DNA of 64,000 nucleotides from an uncultured Alphaproteobacteria bacterium (GTDB lineage Bacteria; Pseudomonadota; Alphaproteobacteria; Sphingomonadales; Sphingomonadaceae): NCBI GenBank assembly GCA_963830685.1, contig CAWHNF010000002.1, positions 446,777 to 510,776 of the forward strand, read 5' to 3'. Shown piece by piece: positions 61,759 to 64,000 of this stretch (position 1 is its first letter; each line of letters starts with the position of its first letter). The notes under the pieces were generated by a model. It saw only the letters and a program-made list of their open reading frames with translations, ran no database searches and was not told where the DNA came from. The position numbers and the translations under genes were made by a program.

Positions 61759-63258
61759 ATGCGTAAATTGTCGTCCGCCCTATTGGCATCCTGCCTGATT
61801 GCCGCACCTTTGCTGGCGCAGACCGCGCCTGCCCCCGCCAAGCCGCCGGTCACCACCAGCGACGGCTATCTGAAGGCAGGCCAAGCCGAGCTGAAGCGCC
61901 TGATCGCGGACAAGCCGAACAACCGCAAGGCGCGCAATGTCATCATCTTCATCGGCGACGGCATGGGGGTTGCCACGCTAACCGCCGGCCGTATTTTTGA
62001 AGGACAGCAGCGCGGGGTGGACGGCGAATCCTATGTCGCGCAAATGGACCGCCTGCCGCACACCGCCTTGGTCAAAACCTACTCGCACGATGCGCAAGTC
62101 GCCGACAGCGCGCCGACCGCCACCGCCATCGTCGCAGGCGTCAAGACAAGGAACGGCGTGATCGGCGTTGGTCCAGAGGCGGTCGAAAATGACTGCGCCG
62201 CGACCGCTCCGTTCAAGGTGCCGTCCTTGTTCAGCATCGCCGAAGACAAGGGCTATGCCACCGGCATCGTCTCCACCGCGACGATCACCCACGCGACCCC
62301 CGCCTCGACTTACGCCCATGTCGCCCAGCGCGATTGGGAGGTGGACGCCAATATGCCCGACGCGGCAAAGGCGGCAGGCTGCACCGATATCGCGCGGCAA
62401 ATGGTCGAATGGCCGCATGGCAACGGGCTTGAGGTCATGCTCGGCGGCGGGCGTCAGCATTTTCTGCCCGCGACTGTGGCCGACCCGGAATATGCCGACA
62501 AAAAGGGCAAACGCGCCGATGGCAAGGACCTGTCCGCCGTCTGGAAAGCCGCCAATCCGAATGGCGCTTATGTGTGGAACAGCGATAGTTTTGCTGCGGT
62601 CGACGCGAAGAAAGCGACCAAGCTGCTCGGCCTGTTCGAACCCTCGCATATGCAGTTCGAGGCCGACCGGACCGCGGCTGGGAACAAGGAGCCCTCGCTC
62701 GCTGAGATGACAACCAAGGCGATTGCGATGCTGTCGAAAAACCGCAAGGGCTATGTCCTGATGGTTGAGGCTGGGCGCATCGACCATGCGCATCACGGCG
62801 GCAATGCGCGGCGGGCGCTGCAGGATACGGTGGCGCTGAACACCGCGCTAAAGGCCGCGATCGATGCGGTTGATTTGCGCGATACGCTGATCGTCGTCAC
62901 ATCCGACCACAGCCACGCCTTCACGATGGCTGGCTATCCCGAGCGCGGTAACCCGATATTGGGTGTGGTATCTTCACCCATCGGCACGCCAACGCTGGCG
63001 AAGGACGGCAAGGCCTATACGACTTTGGGCTATGCCAACGGACCCGGCGCGGTCACTGCGACCGAAAGGCCTGACCCGTCGAAGCAGGACACCGAAGCGC
63101 TCGATTATCGTCAGCAATCGCTCGTCGGGCTATCCAGCGAAACCCATGGCGGTGATGATGTCGTCGCGCGCGCGGCGGGACCAAAGGCGCATCTATTCAA
63201 GGGCACCATCGAGCAAAACACGATCTTCCACATCATGCGGTCGGCCTTGGGAATTTAG
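61759..63258 (+). CDS. phoA: Alkaline phosphatase
   Basis: FIGDGMG, DSAPTATA, HATPA, EAGRID.AHH, TSDHSH, THGGDDV. Confidence 0.95.
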   Translation: MRKLSSALLASCLIAAPLLAQTAPAPAKPPVTTSDGYLKAGQAELKRLIADKPNNRKARNVIIFIGDGMGVATLTAGRIFEGQQRGVDGESYVAQMDRLPHTALVKTYSHDAQVADSAPTATAIVAGVKTRNGVIGVGPEAVENDCAATAPFKVPSLFSIAEDKGYATGIVSTATITHATPASTYAHVAQRDWEVDANMPDAAKAAGCTDIARQMVEWPHGNGLEVMLGGGRQHFLPATVADPEYADKKGKRADGKDLSAVWKAANPNGAYVWNSDSFAAVDAKKATKLLGLFEPSHMQFEADRTAAGNKEPSLAEMTTKAIAMLSKNRKGYVLMVEAGRIDHAHHGGNARRALQDTVALNTALKAAIDAVDLRDTLIVVTSDHSHAFTMAGYPERGNPILGVVSSPIGTPTLAKDGKAYTTLGYANGPGAVTATERPDPSKQDTEALDYRQQSLVGLSSETHGGDDVVARAAGPKAHLFKGTIEQNTIFHIMRSALGI

Positions 63259-63614
63259 CGCCAGACGTTCGATGCGCTGGCCATGCTCTCGATGGCATGC
63301 TCGTCGGAGTGCTCGATGATCCAGCGGATTCGCTCGACCGTTTCAAGCTCCAACGGGCGCGCGAATTTGACACCGCAGCGCTCGCCCCGGACCCAGCTAA
63401 CCGTGCCCATGATTTCGACTTCGGCCAAGCGGACTAGCGCGGTCGCGCCGTCGCGGGGTGGCTCCGCCAGCTGCAAGCGGCAGCCGAGCCGCGACAGGTT
63501 TTCAACCTTGCAGCGCGCGGTGCGACCGGGCGTTTCAAGGCCAGCATCCAAAGCTGCCTGCAACCGCGCCATGCCGCGATTACCAAGTTTCCCAAATGTC
63601 CGCTGGATACCCAT
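63255..63614 (-). CDS. PilZ domain protein
   Basis: R..R, NLS..GC, G.VSWV....CGVKF. Confidence 0.85.
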   Translation of the reverse strand: MGIQRTFGKLGNRGMARLQAALDAGLETPGRTARCKVENLSRLGCRLQLAEPPRDGATALVRLAEVEIMGTVSWVRGERCGVKFARPLELETVERIRWIIEHSDEHAIESMASASNVWR

Positions 63615-63673
63615 ATCGCCCAGCTTACAGACGCAGGGTGAAGGAATGGTTAGTGCGTATGACGGCTGCCTGC

Positions 63674-64000
63674 TCAGGTAAAGTGCAGGCGGCGATATTT
63701 GCCCCGGAAGTATAGCAGCGGGTCGCGACGCGGCTCGAAACTCGCCTTTTCAACGCGGCCTATCAGAATGAAATGGTCGCCCGCCTCGTGCAGCGAATCG
63801 CGCTGACATTCGAATATGCCAAGTGAGCTTGGCAAAATCGGCGCGCCATATTCACCGACTTCCCAGCGCGTACCGGCAAAACGGTCCTCGCCTTTGCCGG
63901 CGAACAGGTTCGATACCGGCTGCTGACCGATTTGCAGTACATTGACCGCAAAGCTTTCCACCGAACGCAGCACTTCGGCGCTGCCTGCATTGTTGGCGAT
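63674..64000 (-). CDS. Flavin reductase family protein (5' end outside window)
   Basis: FAVNVL, DRFAG, AGDHFILIGRV, PLLYFRGKY. Confidence 0.92.
   Translation of the reverse strand: MANNAGSAEVLRSVESFAVNVLQIGQQPVSNLFAGKGEDRFAGTRWEVGEYGAPILPSSLGIFECQRDSLHEAGDHFILIGRVEKASFEPRRDPLLYFRGKYRRLHFT

Overview
64 kb of an alphaproteobacterial chromosome, very likely Sphingomonadaceae (Sphingorhabdus-like). The assignment rests on gene content and on alphaproteobacterial cpdR, LexA, CtrA and sRNA signatures. Bases 1-53 kb are mostly core and metabolic genes: dcd, cdd, a TonB-dependent receptor, a DEAD-box helicase, cpdR with tRNA-Val, rlmN, dnaN, argG, glcB and trxB. Several non-coding elements can be read directly: a yybP-ykoY riboswitch, an alpha-r8/MmgR-like sRNA, CtrA, Fur and LexA boxes, and REP-like repeats. 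The most interesting parts are five. (1) An AT-rich islet at 57.2-59.6 kb beside brnTA encodes a PD-(D/E)xK-like nuclease and an apparent two-gene operon of a TGT-like TIM-barrel enzyme plus a 4-TM protein, a candidate undescribed defence system. (2) An orphan Hcp-like protein carries a Sec signal peptide, an FG-GAP-like loop and a Planctomycete-pilin-like motif. (3) An ECF sigma/anti-sigma locus has a promoter motif (GAAGG-N16-CGT) that recurs three times, in front of the sigma gene, an outer-membrane beta-barrel and a secreted beta-repeat protein. (4) A GIY-YIG nuclease is bracketed by perfect 28-bp inverted REP-like repeats. (5) uvrA carries an in-frame palindromic repeat insertion and three +1 frameshifts. 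All family assignments come from motif recognition without database searches, and GC statements are by eye.
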